In this document: positions 1-14,484 of the stretch, piece by piece | Layout: every line of letters begins with the position of its first letter | Position numbering within the stretch: the first letter of the stretch is position 1 | Origin: Octopus vulgaris | Taxonomy: Eukaryota | Assembly: GCA_951406725.2 (NCBI GenBank) | Contig: OX597822.1 | Location: forward strand, 85,746,001-85,810,000 | DNA: 64,000 nt | Reading direction: 5' to 3' | The notes under the pieces: model-generated | The model's input: only the letters and a program-made list of their open reading frames with translations | The model's database searches: none | What the model was told of the DNA's origin: nothing | Made by a program: the position numbers and the translations under genes

Positions 1-172
1 AAGTCAAGCCAAATTCTATTTCAATATCGGTACTGTCTGAGTAAACACAAAATGTGAAACGGTTCACAAGGAAAATTGATTTAAGACATTTTCTTCTTTT
101 TTGTTAAAATCTGAAATTTAAATAAAGGGTGGGGGTGGGGTGGGGATGTTAGATTGAATTTAATTTCTTTAC

Positions 173-328
173 CTTGCAAATATAACATATGTGCTTGTGA
201 CCATTAGTATAAGATTCTTCTTCTTCTTCAAAGCAACTTAAATGGAAAACACGCCAACATTTGTTGCAGCTAATAACATCTCCTGGACCATGGCATTTGA
301 AACAATACCAATCATGGCCATCATCAAC
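173..328 (-). CDS. ZMYND11: ZMYND11 second coding exon (PHD finger); gene continues beyond position 1
   Basis: VDDGHDWYCFKCHGPGDVISCNKCWRVFHLSC...HICYICK is a C4HC3 PHD finger matching ZMYND11 HDWYCFECH. Acceptor tttacag ends at 329 and donor AAG|GTAAAG is at 172. The exon is 156 nt, phase 0/0, and in frame with the upstream exon. Confidence 0.93.
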
Positions 329-2024
329 CTGTAAAGAACAATACAAAAACAATACAATCGCTGAATTAGTTAAAGAGTTGCAGTAAAGGGTCAACTAGAG
401 TTAAAATAGAAGGGAGTTGTTGAGAGAGCCATTGATAGAGAATTTATTCTGATAGTGGCAGAAATGATAGAAATAGACCCTCTTCTCTCATTGTTCAAGG
501 TCAATAGAAGATTGGCAACTGAGCAATTTAATCTAATGAAACACTACATATTGACATATATGCACAAGAACAGCACCCAGTAGACTCTGTAAAGTGGATA
601 GCATTAAGAAGGGCATCCAGCCATAGACACTGTACCAAAGATGATATTGGGGGGGCTCATCATAGTCTGGTGGCTTGACAGGTCCTGTCATCTGCCCAAC
701 CCATATCCAGTGGCTTGGCAGTTCCTATCAAACTGTCCAACCCATGCCTAGTGGCTTGACAGTTCCTCTCAAACTGCCCAACCCATTCCAGCATGGAAAA
801 TGGACCCTCAATTATAATAAGGTACAAACTTATAGAAACACACACACTGTCATTTTGGTAATTTGTAATTATACCAAAAGTAATGAAAATACAGTCAGGA
901 AAAGCAAAACAAAGACAAGTAGCCAAGACACTAACTTTCTTCAGCTCGGTCTTCTTATATTTAAATAAATATTGCAAGATATGATCACAACTCTAAGCAG
1001 TAGCAGAAGCACTGCAGAACATGATGTCACACTCCACCTCAACCCACTGTAACATGTGTTGTCACACCTAGGCAGAGTACAGCTATCAGCTGAATCTATA
1101 ATAAAGATAGTGCCGCCCACCAGGCTCTCGAAGGAAGGTGAGGCGTGTTTTTTCCTTACAGTGGCAGTGTTGGAAGAGTGTGTTTGGAAGACTAGACTGC
1201 AAGGACTTGTGACAGGAACCTTCATCCCTGGCCCTGGATCGCTCACCTTTTTCAGATATCATGTGAAGAGCAAGATAGGGCTGGAGAGGGGACAACTGTC
1301 ACAAAGTGTGTTTGACAAAAGATGGAAGGCTGTGGTAAGAAAGGTGGGTGCAAGTGACCCTGCTTAATCTTCATAGAAAAGGAAAAAGGTGTAGTCGCTG
1401 GGCTCTTCAGTCCAGCAAGTTTTACCCCCAAAAAGTCAAAATATATATCAATCCTAAATTTTTTAAATTCAACTATCATTCAAACTCATTATAACAATAA
1501 TTGTTTGTATTGTCCTGTTTTGTCCCCTCTGTTTATGATAACAATTATTTAAAAAAACAATTCAACCCACTGTGGAATGATTTTCCACAAGAACAATTGA
1601 AATTAGCACTGAAAATGGTTGGTTATGTTTGTATCTGTAACGTGACCATCACACCCTAACAGCCTCCTATACACCAGTAGAAACAGGGGCCAGTGTCAGA
1701 GTGTTTATACTCTGTTGTAGCCCCAACCTACAACAAAAAGTCAACTGATAGCAGAGATGAAATGATAGAGCGTCCATTAAAGCTACAGGCACAAGGCCTG
1801 CAATTTGGGAGCAAGTGGCTAACCAGTTACACTGACCTCAGTCCTTGACGGATATTTTATCAACCCCGAAAGGATGAAAGGTAAAGTTGATCTCGATGGA
1901 TTTTTAAACTCAGAACATAAAGTCAGAAGAACTGCCAGAAAGTATTCCATCCAACATGCGAACCATTCTGCCAGCTCAGCACTTTTGTAGTGAAAAGCAG
2001 ACTGTAAAACAAAAGATTCCTTAC

Positions 2025-2294
2025 CAGCTCACTTTCATCAGAAATCTTATATCCTTTCTGCTCCATCCCAGTCTTGGAGCCTTTGTTACCAATGGCAGTG
2101 TAGGAAATGATGAGGTTGTCTTTAACTGCATTCTGTAGCTGCTTGTGAGTTTCGGAGGGAGGAACTTTGTGTTCTCGCTGCATGTAGCGCGTGATGCGCT
2201 CCAAGTTGGGGATTTGCTTCTGTTGTTTGATATATGCAATGGCATTGAGTAGCTGTCGAGCTTGAACTACTGTTGCTTGTCTCCTCCACACCAT
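2025..2294 (-). CDS. ZMYND11: ZMYND11/BS69 first coding exon (N-terminal SAMD1-like winged-helix domain)
   Basis: MVWRRQATVVQARQLLNAIAYIKQQKQIPNLERITRYM...AVKDNLI...GNKGSKTGMEQKGY closely matches the ZMYND11 N-terminus as I recall it (RRQAD...IRNQKQIANIDRITKYM...AVKDGLI...GCKGSKAGIEQEGY). Acceptor tttttcag ends at 2341, so the exon is 2025-2340. There is an in-frame TGA upstream of the ATG. Phase-0 donor CTG|GTAAGG at 2024. Confidence 0.93.
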
Positions 2295-2357
2295 AGTCGT
2301 CCAACCGGGAGCTCTCTGGAAATCGAGTCACAAGCAATTTCTGAAAAATACGGAAAC

Positions 2358-2388
<31 letters not shown>

Positions 2389-2593
2389 GCTTCAAATTTT
2401 GCCACAAGGGCAGCCATTTTTTGGGGAGGAGATAAGTTGATCAATTGGTACTTGTTTTCATTGATCTCGAAAGGATGAAAGGCAAAGTCAACTTCAGAAC
2501 TCAGAATTTGAACTCAGAACATAGCGATAAGTGAAATACTGTTAAGCATTTTGTCCATCGTGCTAACGCTAACGATTCTGCCAGCTCACCACC

Positions 2594-2637
<44 letters not shown>

Positions 2638-4849
2638 CATAATGATGATGATAATAATGTTCTCTGATTTAGGCAGAAGGCCAGTAATTTAGAGGGGAGA
2701 GGGGAGGGTGTTAGTCAATAGCACTGACCAAAAGCGATGATGATGATGACAACTATTGAAAATAAGACATTTTTAGTTTTAAAAGGTGATATCTTTATAA
2801 TTGAAACAAGTTTTTAACAATCATGTTGAGAAATTCATTTATGTGTGTTTATCGAAGACAAAGAGAAAAGAGGAGAAAGAGAGGGAGAGAGGCAAGCAGA
2901 AAGAGAGAATAGAGATTCATATTTTTGTCTTCCAATAATTGTAAGAAGCTGCTGCTTTTAAAAGATCTACCTACCTACCTATCTAATCACCTCTCTGCTA
3001 ACCAACCTACCAACCTAGCCATCTATTTATTGATCTCTAAATGATGAAAGACAAAGTTCACTGATAGGGTTTGAACCTAAAGCACAGGGAGCCAAAACAA
3101 ATACTGATTTTCTACCAATTTCACTGCCTTCAATGTTTTTCTATCCAAACTTAATTCACGGCACTCCTCCTTCCCCATCACCCACACTGACAAAGTGTGA
3201 GAATTTCCCTTTCCTTTGAAATCCAAAATTAAGAGACGCCCTAACATGTTTTAATACAACAGCATTATATAACAGTCCCTTTCCCACCATAAATAGTAAA
3301 TATATAACAAACACCTCCCACCACCACTTCTGTATAGACTGCCACTGCACCATCTCCTACCATTGCTATGGTTACATTACCAGTTCTTAAGCCCTAACCC
3401 TCACCTTGTCCCCTCCACCCACTCAAATTGTCCTAGAATCACAGAGACTACATTGAAAAACAAAAGTGGAAAGATCACAACAACATCACTGGCACCCCAA
3501 CTCCCAAAACATCATCATCATCATCATCATCACAACAACCGTCAAAGATGTCTCTATGTGATCACTTGACGTACTAGAAATAGCAGTTAACACTTCCCAT
3601 AAATCACACCCTACTGTTATACAGACAAGATGGTCGGTTTTGGAATGCTTTTGATTGTAGATCTGCTTGGTGAACAATGGCCTGGGATTAAACAACTTCC
3701 AAAGAATTTATTCAGCATTCCAGTGGAGGAGGTGGCTGTCCCCAAAATGTCAGGGAGCCAGAATAAACAAATAGCTTCAAGTATGAGTCTTGGTTAGAGG
3801 GTAGAGGAGAAAGTTGAATGAGAGTAGAAGTTATGCAGTGAGAGGAGGGGGGTACTTGGAATGGTTAAAATAGGGTTGCAGAGATTGTCACAGTAGGAGT
3901 AATAGTAGGAGGGAAAGAGAGTAAAATCAAGATTTTTCTCAGGGCATTGACACCCTTAATAAAATGATGTTATTTCATTTCAGCAATTTGCTAATGTCTA
4001 TACAATCAACTGCAATGACTGCAGAGGGAGGGAGGGGGGGGGTTAGTTGATTACATTGACCCCAGTGCTTCACTGGTTCTTTATTTTACCAGAGCTGCAA
4101 GGATGAAAGGCAAAGTCAACCTCGATGGAATTTGAACTCGAAACACACAGACAGACGAAATGCAGTTAAGCAGTTTGCCCAATGTGCAAACAATTCAGCC
4201 AGCTCACCCACCTAAGCCACTGACAGCAGAACAATGGGGAGGGAACGAAAAGGTTTCAAGTTAGAACAGAGATGACCAAACACATTTAATCTGGGCAAAA
4301 GTCAGGAAAAAATCATCCTACAATTTCTTCATGTTGGAATTGTTGACTTTGGAGTGAATTTTATGTAGTTCTTCAAGAAGGATATTTAGGAATTGTGACA
4401 TGATGACAAGGGTTCTTAAGGTAACTAAAAGATCAATAACAACACAGATAGACACAGGCATTATTACTGTGTGGTAAGAAGTTTGCTTTCCAACTACATG
4501 GTTGCTGGTTCAGTCCCACTGCATGACACCTTCACCAAGTGTCTTCTTCTATAGCCCCAGGCTGACCAAAGACTTGTCAGTGGACCTGGTAGACAGAAAC
4601 ATATGTTCAACCTCTCTTTATTATTATCTCCTTTTCATTCAACCTCTTATTTTTCCAATCATTCACCATGTTGGACCACTGAACTCAACACATTTGTCTT
4701 CCTCTCTCTATTTATTTCCTCTTGTTTTTTTTCTGTTGAACAGCATAGGCTCAAAATGTAAAAAAACTTTTCCATTTTTAACTGAACATCAAGCTAATAT
4801 ACATGTTTGTTCCTACACCTGTCTTCGTCTTTGATTTTCTATAAATTTG

Positions 4850-4892
<43 letters not shown>

Positions 4893-6181
4893 CATGTAAA
4901 AAGCACCATCTGAATGTGGCCAATGCCAGTGCCCCATAAAAAGCATCCACTACATTCTCGGAGTGGTTGATGTTAGGAAGGGCATCCAGCTATAGAAACA
5001 TTGCCAGATCAGACTGGAGACTGGTGCAGCCTACTGGCTTACCACTCCTCAGTCAAACCATCCAACCCATGCCAGCATAGAAAACAAATGTTAAACAATG
5101 ATGATGATGGTATATATCGGTGTGTGAGTGTATGTCTTTTTGTGTCTGTCTCCCACCACTGCTTGACAAATGGTGTTGGTGTGTTTACATCCCCATTACT
5201 TAGCGGTTCAGCAACAGAGAACAGTAAGATAAGTACCAAGCTTAAAATAAAAAGAAGAACAAGGGTCAGTTTGGCTTGCCTAAAATTCTTGAACGTGGTG
5301 CCCCAGCATGGCCACAGTCTAATGACTGAAAAAAAGTAAATGACAAAAAGATATACATGTTCCTATGGATTCTGAAACCTAAAGGCATGACTGCTACAAG
5401 AGTAAGAATGCTGAGAAAAAATATGAGAACAGAATTAGGGAAAGGGAAACTACTGCCCCCCCCCTATTTTCCTTTTCATGCTAGCATAAGGAAGTTAGTT
5501 GTTGCATAATTAGATATTAAAATCTTCTTTTGCAGATATACAAGTCCTGCCTAGAGATAACGCTTCATCCATGACACTGGAGAGAGAGATAACGAGTCTT
5601 GCACAATACAGTAATTCTTTACAGGCTTGAATTCTTGTCCAGGTAATTAGTGGTTCAGAATATTAACCTTAAGCTAATTAATTATTTTAAGTAGGTTACC
5701 ATGTTATCAAGGATTGAATGATTTGCAAAATTTAGGCAAATTTTGATAAAATGCATAAATAAACATGGAAAAAAGAAATCAGGTTCCTGTGACTAGCCAA
5801 TCACTGCAAAATTGAATTTCATGGTTATTTCAGTAATGTTAAAGGTCTACCAGAAAATGGAATTGGTATTTCTGCAAGTCACACTACCACACTAACTCAA
5901 TAAACACGATTTATTCCAACACAAAATGACATTCTTCTACAAATGATAGATTGATATATAAAACTGTTCTTCAAAACTGAGGGTAATGGGATTTTGAGAT
6001 GATATATCTGATTCCTACAGGAGGAGGAGGAGGAGGTTAAAAAGGAACATAAACAGAAAGCCAAAAGTTATATTAATGCTATGTTCCTTTTAGATAATTC
6101 TTGTAGCTGTCACTTATCTATTTTCTATCTTAGAGAAGTTTCAATGAGGAGTCAGCCTGTGTCAAGATGACGACTTACCTT

Positions 6182-6235
<54 letters not shown>

Positions 6236-6307
6236 GATAAGTTCACTGTCAGAGAAAATCCAAAGGTACCATTACTTTGAACTTATTTAATAAACAGTGA
6301 CTCAATG

Positions 6308-6366
<59 letters not shown>

Positions 6367-7389
6367 AAATAGGTGGGATTTTGAAAATTTGGGCCTTCAG
6401 ATGTTGTTTAAGCAAATATTTTTACAGCTGGGCATTCTTCTTCTTGAGGCTTCATGACTCCAAATACAAAATACAAATGCCAACAGAAGCCGAGTCAACC
6501 ATCTTGCTTAGATATTTGGTCGTAACATACAAACCATTATCCTTGCTAGTCAACTTCAATGGCAACTTGGCGATTTTTGCAACAGCAATTCATGAGCCAA
6601 AGAAGGGAGTCCCTACTGCTTACTCAATTTGCTAATAATAGCAGCCAAATCTCTCTCAAATCACATTATTGTACAACATTCTTTTGCTGTATAGTATTGT
6701 ATGATAATGTATTATTCTATAGAGCTTTACGATAACAGCTTGTACCAACCCCACAAAACTGTCAGAATCTGGAACAGGGGTAAAATAACAAACCCCATTT
6801 GAAGAATCATCACACAGACCCATCCTCCACCTCTGCACACCCACAACAATTCCAGAAAGGCTAATCTTTGTCATCACTGTCCCCTCCCACCACCAGCACA
6901 TCTAAAATGCTATACAAATCCTTGGACAGATTCACACCAGTATACTCAACCATAACTAATGAACCAAACAAAGCCGATACAGGATTGCTTCAACAACAAA
7001 AGCCTTTACACACACACACAGAGTTTTAACTTCATTAGATTGTTAAGTTAATGGTCCATTCTCCTCAATTAGGCTGTAATGTTAATTAACTAAAATATTT
7101 TACCTCACCACACACTATATTAGCACCAACCTTTAATGTTGGCTCAGGTTGTTATGGTCATCTGAAATGGACAAGAACAACGCTTTCAAAACTAAAAATT
7201 TCCTAAGCACAGAACTACATGCTGTTACCCACATTTTTTTCAATCGATATGCCCCACTCCATTATTCGCCAAATCCATTTTACATCTACCCCCAGCCTTA
7301 CACCAATCACCAAGAAACCTGGCACCAAAACAACAGACTTAAAACAATCTTAAAACTAAATCATCTCTCTTCATAGCAACATAAAACAC

Positions 7390-7750
7390 CTGTCACCCCA
7401 CTGACCACAACATCAGCTTATCAGAGTCATACCACATCAGTCACCCCGTTGACCATAATATCTGACACCTCACTGACCACAACATCCAACACCTCACTGA
7501 CCACAACATAAGACACCCCAACGTCACTCACCCTGCTGACCACAATGTCAGTCATTCTCCTGACTACAAAGTCAGTCAACCTGCTGACCACAACATCAAT
7601 CACCCTCCCTCTCCGAGCAGCATAACGCCAGTCGCCACCCCCAAGACCACAGTATCACTCACCACACTGACCACAGTATCACTCACCACACTGACCACAA
7701 CATCAGTCACACCACTGACCACAACATCAGTTACCCCACTGACCACAATG
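7390..7750. repeat. degenerate minisatellite, core ctgaccacaacatcagtcac
   Basis: About a dozen recurrences of (c)tgaccaca at ~23-40 bp spacing. Confidence 0.8.
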
Positions 7751-10700
7751 GCAAATATTGCACTCAGACTCTCTCTACCTTATCCACCTCCATCACCACC
7801 ACACTCTACATAGATGGACTGGGCAGTTGAGAGAATAATACCCAGGCAGTTACAATACTTCCCCCCTCCTCTGTCACATACAATTTGTCACTGCATGTCA
7901 AGAAAGTGTAACAGTCATCAGTTACACACACACACACACACACACGCACGCACACACACACAATACAACTGGAAAATTGGATCTGTTGTGACTAGTTTCT
8001 CAACGGAGTCTCTCTACACCCTCGGTCTACTTCATCCCACTTCACGTGGAGCTACACAACAACACTGGTATCCAACTCTACACAACTACATTAAACAACA
8101 ACATTATTTGATAAAAACCCTATGCAACTCTTATAATTGACCACTTTTAAACACTTCTGGTATGTACAGAGTTCATGTTCGAACATGTTTTGCTTTGTTG
8201 GTATAGAAGAGTTCATGGAAAGTATAGATAAATAAAACAAGTTTGAAATCAAAAACCAGACTTCTCAAGTACCTACATAAAAATTGGCTGACTCACCAAC
8301 ACCATCATTGCATCTGTTGCAATAAATGTGTGCGTTTGTGTGTGTACACATGTAGATAGAGCTTTGCACTTGTGTATGGTTCTGGGCACTAGATTCAATA
8401 TGTGAGCACTCAAGCAGTGGAACATTAAAAGCACCATCTGAGTGTGATCGTTGCCAGGGCCACTAATTGGCTCCTATGCCAATGGCACATAAAAAGCACC
8501 ATTCGAGCGTGATTGTTGCTAGCGTCGCCTTACTGGCATGTGAAAAACGACATTCAAGTGTGGTCGTTGCCAGTGCCACCGGACTAGTTCCCATACAGGT
8601 AGCACATAAAAAACACCTTTTGAACCTGGTCGTTGCCAGTACTGCCTGACTGGCCCTCATGCCAGTGGAACGTAAAATCACTTACACTCTGTCGTAAATG
8701 CACACTGACACTACCCAGCCAGCAGAATATGCTGGCTTCACTTTGATATAAATCAACATAAGATATGCCTGTGCTGCCTGACTGGCTCGTAAAAAGCACC
8801 CACTACACTCTCAGAGTGGTTGGCATTAGTAAGGGCATCCAACTGTAGAAGCACTGGTAGATCAGATTGGAGCCAGGTGCAACCACTGGCTTTCCAGACC
8901 TCAGTCAAACCGCTCAACCCATGCCAGCATGGAAAACAGATGTTAAACGATGGTGGTGATGATGATGATGATGATGATGATCTTAAGTGGCCGAAGAACC
9001 AATAGGTCACAGGACATATTTCCTGTAACTGTTTATGATGCAAAACAACCAACTCGATAACATCCATGTCTCAAGCCCATCGCTTTGCACTGTAAAAATG
9101 AAATAACCTTTCCGATGTGGGAATGAATAGTTCAGCCGCTGGTTCAAATCTCCGACAAATACTTCTTTAGCCAATTTGCTTCATTCGATGTTACCGCATC
9201 ACACCCAGCTGTTTAAACTCATTAATTGTCAAACACAGATCATTACAGGTTTCCTCAGGTGTTACTGTTTACTTTGTCAGTTTACCTAACCATGGTGTCA
9301 AAGTGTTATGTGATCTGTGTGAAACAGGGGGGTGAGAAGGGAGATGAGGGTAGATATGCCCCCTTCCTATACAATCTAGTGACTGCATATATAGTGGTGG
9401 AACTTGAGAACTAGACCATGTTATTATAGTTTAACCCCAAGTCAGCCTTGATCAAGCAGACCCAGGATCAAAGGTATTTCCAGTTAAGACCACCCAGTCT
9501 TTTTGTATATCAGGAACCAATATTGTCTGTGTTCTTCCTCTCTTTTAAAACAGTAGGGTGAGAATTCTTTTAGCCATAGCTTAGCACTGATTCAATAGAT
9601 TAAAGGCATTCCTGATATTTTTGTATATCAGGAACCATCTAGTTCTTCCTTTTTGTGAGGGAGATTTGGCTCTATATCTAGCAAGCTGACTGACCACATA
9701 GAGTTGGTTTGTAGTTTGACACAACAAGCTGTAAACAAAGCAATTTGACACATGATAGAGTCTGATGTAAAATAGCAGACTGGTGTCTATAGTGTAAGAT
9801 ATTGTACCAGTAATACGGTAGGGTGTGTTGATAATGTTGACTAGCATGGCAAAGTACACGCACACACAACTAAACAAATAGATTCACACATATCATCATC
9901 ATCACCATCATTTAACATATATTTTTTCCATGCTGGCATGAGCTGGATGGTTTGACAGTAGATGGCCAGCTTCTAATTGTCTATTTTGGCATGGTTTCTA
10001 CAGCCGGATCATCATCATCATCATCAACATTTAACGTCCGTTTTCCATGGTGGCATGTGTTGGATGATTTGACTGAGGTCTGGAAAGCCAGCAGCTGCAC
10101 CAGGCTCCAATCTGATCTGGAGGCCTTTCCTAACGCCAACTACTCCGAGAGTATAGTGGGTGCTTTTTACATGCCGCCAGCACAGGAGCCAGCCAGAGGG
10201 CCCTGGCATCGATCACGTTTGGATGGTGGTTTTTACGTGCCACCGGCATGGGAGCCAGTCAGGGGGCACTGGCATTAACCATGTTCGGATGCCCTTCCAA
10301 TCACTTTACAGAGTGTACTGGATGCTTTTTACATGGCACCAGCACTATATATATATAGTGGAATGAGTAGCCCATTATATCTCTGTGCATCCGCAGCTAG
10401 ACATTTTGCTCAATGGTTGGCTCAACTTTTGTTTTTGTTTTTTATATTCTTCTGTGTTTATATAGAAAGTATTTTTGTTAAATTTGTAATAAACTGCAAC
10501 GAAACAACTTACAACGAATGTCGCATGTTAGGTTTGTAGAGTTGAGTGTGACTCAGGGTGGGCAACGGGTGGAGGTGCTAAGTTGCTGAACATTTCAACA
10601 GGAATATTTTTCATCTGATAACTATTAGACATCCAAGTGTCATTTGGAAAACATTTACCACAGTGACACTAATTGGTTGACTAATTGGATGATACAGCTA

Positions 10701-12439
10701 CTAATTCTACTAACATCATCATCACCAGCATAACCATTGATAGTACTATCAATGCTGACCAAGTTCTAGCATCATTAGTCAGAGATTATCAAGAAATCTC
10801 ACCAAAGAATTTTATCAAAGTTTGCCATCTTTGGTCTATGACATTTAGTTGTTGTCATTGTTGTTGCTGTAGTTGCTTCATCATAATGTCTGACAATCCT
10901 CTTCAGGAACTTCAAGCCTCATTAGCAGCTAATTAATGGCAACAATCCAAGCTAATGAAATAGTCATTAAAAGTAAATGAAACAAACAACACACACACAC
11001 ACACACACTGCTTAAACATTAAAGAGCTGATGTTTAGCAGTTTTACAGGATTTAGCTGATGAGAGGTAAATCTGTCTCTGGGTTAGGATACCAATCAATT
11101 CCAGCGAATATTCCCAAAGACCTTGGTATCTATTCCCCAGATGTAAGTGAGCTAAGGCAATATAAAATTAAATGCCCTCCTCAAAAACACAACACTCTCA
11201 CTGAAACTAAACCATTATAACCATTTCTCCATCAGCACCAAACCAATGATGGAGCAACCCATTTTTGGTATATCAGTGGCTCTCAAACTGTTTCATATCA
11301 TCATCATCATTTTACATCCAGTTTCTGTGGTGGCATGAGGTGGACAGTTTGACAGGAAATGGCAAGGCTGGAGAGCTGCACCAGGTACCAATTATCTGTT
11401 CTGACATGGTTTATACGGCTGGATGCCCTTCCTAATGCCAACCACTTTACAGAATGCATTGGGTGCTTTCTAAGTGTTACCTGCACAGGTGCTTTATATG
11501 TGGCACCAGCACTTTATATGTGGCACCAGTATGGCACCGGTACAGATGCCATTGTTGGAACTACTCGCTTCTGGAATTCAACCTCTCTGCCAATGTTGCC
11601 ACTCCTCAACCATCAACAGGAGAAATCTCACTATTTTAGCAACAGGAAGACTTGAAAACTCTCCAATTCCTTCTTCAGACTAACCATCATCATTGGTTTA
11701 ACATGCATTTTCCCATGCTTGCATGGCTCAGGAGGAATTTTCTTGAGGCAGATTTTCTACAGTTGGACACCCTTCCTGTTACAAACCCTCACCTCTTTCT
11801 AAGTAAGGTAATATTTGCCCCATGGCCAGACATGTTTTCACAGAAGATTGGAAATGAAGGATACAGCTTGCATGACAATGACATTTGTTAACAACTTAAC
11901 AACTATCACACAATGTGAAGGCAACAAAACACTAACACACACACACACATACACAACAGGATTCTTTTACTTTCCACCCATCAAATCCATTCAGGAGGCC
12001 TTGGTCAACCCAGGGCTATAAAAGTCAGCACTTGCTCATGGTTCCACGTGGTGGAACTGAACTCAAAATCAGGTTATTGGGAAACACACTCACACACACA
12101 CCCACACTTGGCAATCCTCAGCACAAACAATAGAAAAACACAACAAAAAAATTAATCAAACAAAGCAGACAAAAGGATGAAAGTGAAAGCTTGTCAACGT
12201 TGGTAAATGCTTCAGTGTTTGGAGAAGTGAGCGAGTGCTGATCTGGAGATGTCTTCAATGGAAGTGATTTTTAATCTAATATGATCTAATCAGGAACCAT
12301 TTGTGACCATAGCAACCAACACCAGCATCAATAAAACTGCAGGCCAGTTGGTGCACAACGTATGGATATCAAACTTACACGAATCACAGGAAATGCAGAC
12401 AGCTTTACAAGTATTATATAACTCTGTACATGCACAAGT

Positions 12440-12485
<46 letters not shown>

Positions 12486-12519
12486 CAGAGCAAATGTGTT
12501 GTTTCATGACACCACTCTG

Positions 12520-12810
12520 AAAAAGAGTGGTTAATGGTTCGGGTGTTTGACTCGTGATTGTAAGGATGTGAGTTCAATTCCCGGTGCCTCACTGTGTCCT
12601 TGAGCAAGACACTTCATTTCATGTTGCTCCAGTCTATTCAGCTAGCAAGAATGTGTTGTACCTGTAATTCAAAGGGACCAGCCTTGTCACATTCTGTGTA
12701 ATGCCAAATCTCTCTGAGAACTACATCAAGGGTATGCCATATCTGTGGAGCACTCAGCCACTTGCACATTAATTTCACGAGCAAGCTGTTCCATTGACCT
12801 GGAACCAGTT
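12520..12810 (+). mobile_element. CORE-like tRNA SINE
   Basis: tRNA head, then tgtgtccttgagcaagacactt. An inverted homologue lies at 31815-32100 and a related head at 41245-41330. Confidence 0.7.
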
Positions 12811-13385
12811 GTAAATATGCTTAGGTATACATATCCAGGAAGATCTCAGTGACAGAGACATTTGTATGTAACTCAGGAGTTTAAAAAAAAAAAGGCATCT
12901 GTTTGCTCCCTTAAATGTGTGGATGTGCATTCTGTCCACTGGAACCACAAAGATGAAAGCAGCACATCTCATACCATTGGCACTCATATTTCTACAAAAA
13001 CTGTCAGGCTTTTATAAACAATAACACAAAAGCATGCATGCGCACATGCACAAAAGTGGATGTGTATTAAAAGGAGTACATGTGTAATAGGTACCAATGC
13101 ACAAAGCTCTTGGCCCTTGAGTCACACTGTAGCTTTTGCTAATTGTTGGTTTCAAATTTTGGCACAAGGCCAGCAATTTCAGAGATGAGGTGAACCAATT
13201 ACATCAACCCCCAATACACAGCTGGTACTTATTTTTTATCAACCTCAAAAGGCAAAGTTGACCTCAGCAGAATTTGAACTTGAAACATAATGACAGACAA
13301 AATCCTGCATTTTGCCCAGCATGCTAACAATTCTGCCAACTCATCACTTTACTTCTAACTATTAATAAAACACATATAATTAGCA

Positions 13386-13528
13386 TAGGCATAGGAGTGG
13401 CTGTGTGGTAAGTAGCCTTGCTTACGAACCACATGGTTCCGGGTTCAGTCCCACTGCGTGGCACCTTGGGCAAGTGTTTTCTACTATAGCTTCAGGCTGA
13501 CCAAAGCCTTGTGAATGCATGTATATGC

Positions 13529-13564
<36 letters not shown>

Positions 13565-13752
13565 GTATGTGTGTGCATATATTTGCGTGTCTGTGTCTGC
13601 TTGATAACCGATGGTGGTGTTTACATTCCCGTAACTTAGCGGTTCTGCAAAAGAGACCAATAGAATAAGTACTGGGGTCGATTTGCTCGACTAAAGGCGA
13701 TGCTCCAACATGGCTACAGTCAAATGACTGAAACAAGTAAAAGAGTAAAAGA
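13386..13752 (+). mobile_element. tRNA-derived SINE family A (internal (TA)/(TG) microsatellite, gtaaaaga tail)
   Basis: A box tggctgtgtggt and B box ggttcagtccc, then ccttgggcaagtg, ending aatgactgaaacaagtaaaagagtaaaagag. Other plus-strand copies: 22978-23345, 31000-31390, 43710-44060, and split 4455-4600/5120-5350. Minus-strand copies: 11930-12085, 15325-15750, 37145-37535, 50993-51360, 52500-52730, and split 29200-29830. Confidence 0.85.
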
Positions 13753-14446
13753 GGACTCATGTTTTGAATTCTGCTTTCTTATATGTGTGTGTGCATTAAT
13801 AGGTATACATGAACACATGGCACTAACAGATGTACATAGACACATACTTGCAGACACGTTTGTGTATATGTCTAGATATATGCTGCCATGTTACTGGCTT
13901 AGTAACTAATCTTATTTGACAAACTGTTGTGACTGTGAGCAAAACAGCTCATTTTATTATTTACAGCCTCAGTCTATCTACCTGACAAACAGGTCCCATT
14001 ATTTCTGACACCAAATACTTGACTGGCCAACAATAAGGTTTTTCAGGTATCAAAAAATATTTGTGCCAACATTACCATAATGTTTGAATTGGCATAAATT
14101 ATTCCTGCTTTTTCCGCCAGAGAAGACTGATAGTAAATAGTGTGTGTGTATGTTTTGCTTGTTTAGACATTCTGTAATAGATGCAAGCAAGCATCACCAT
14201 TACACAAGAAGAGTCGTTTATTGCCAATCTTCCATGAAAACATGTCTGGACATTAGGAAATATCAACCAATTTATAAACAGATGAGGGTTGACAACAGGA
14301 AGAGCATCCACCCACAGAAAATCTGCCAAATTAAATTCTGTTTGATCTGTGGAAGCATGGAAAAATGGTGGCTAAAACAATGGTTATATATATATATATA
14401 CATACACACACACACACATACATACAGAGAGAGAGAGAGAGATGGA

Positions 14447-14484
<38 letters not shown>

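Noticed and set aside
941-1367. Overlapping ~100-aa ORFs on both strands
   Set aside because: No recognisable domain, and ZMYND11 homology is continuous without them.
1923-2024. C-terminal extension of the 123-aa ORF
   Set aside because: It is read-through past the GT donor into intron and SINE sequence.
8985-9240. Complex-looking unique sequence as a possible coding exon
   Set aside because: The minus-strand frames I translated contain stops and no recognisable motif.
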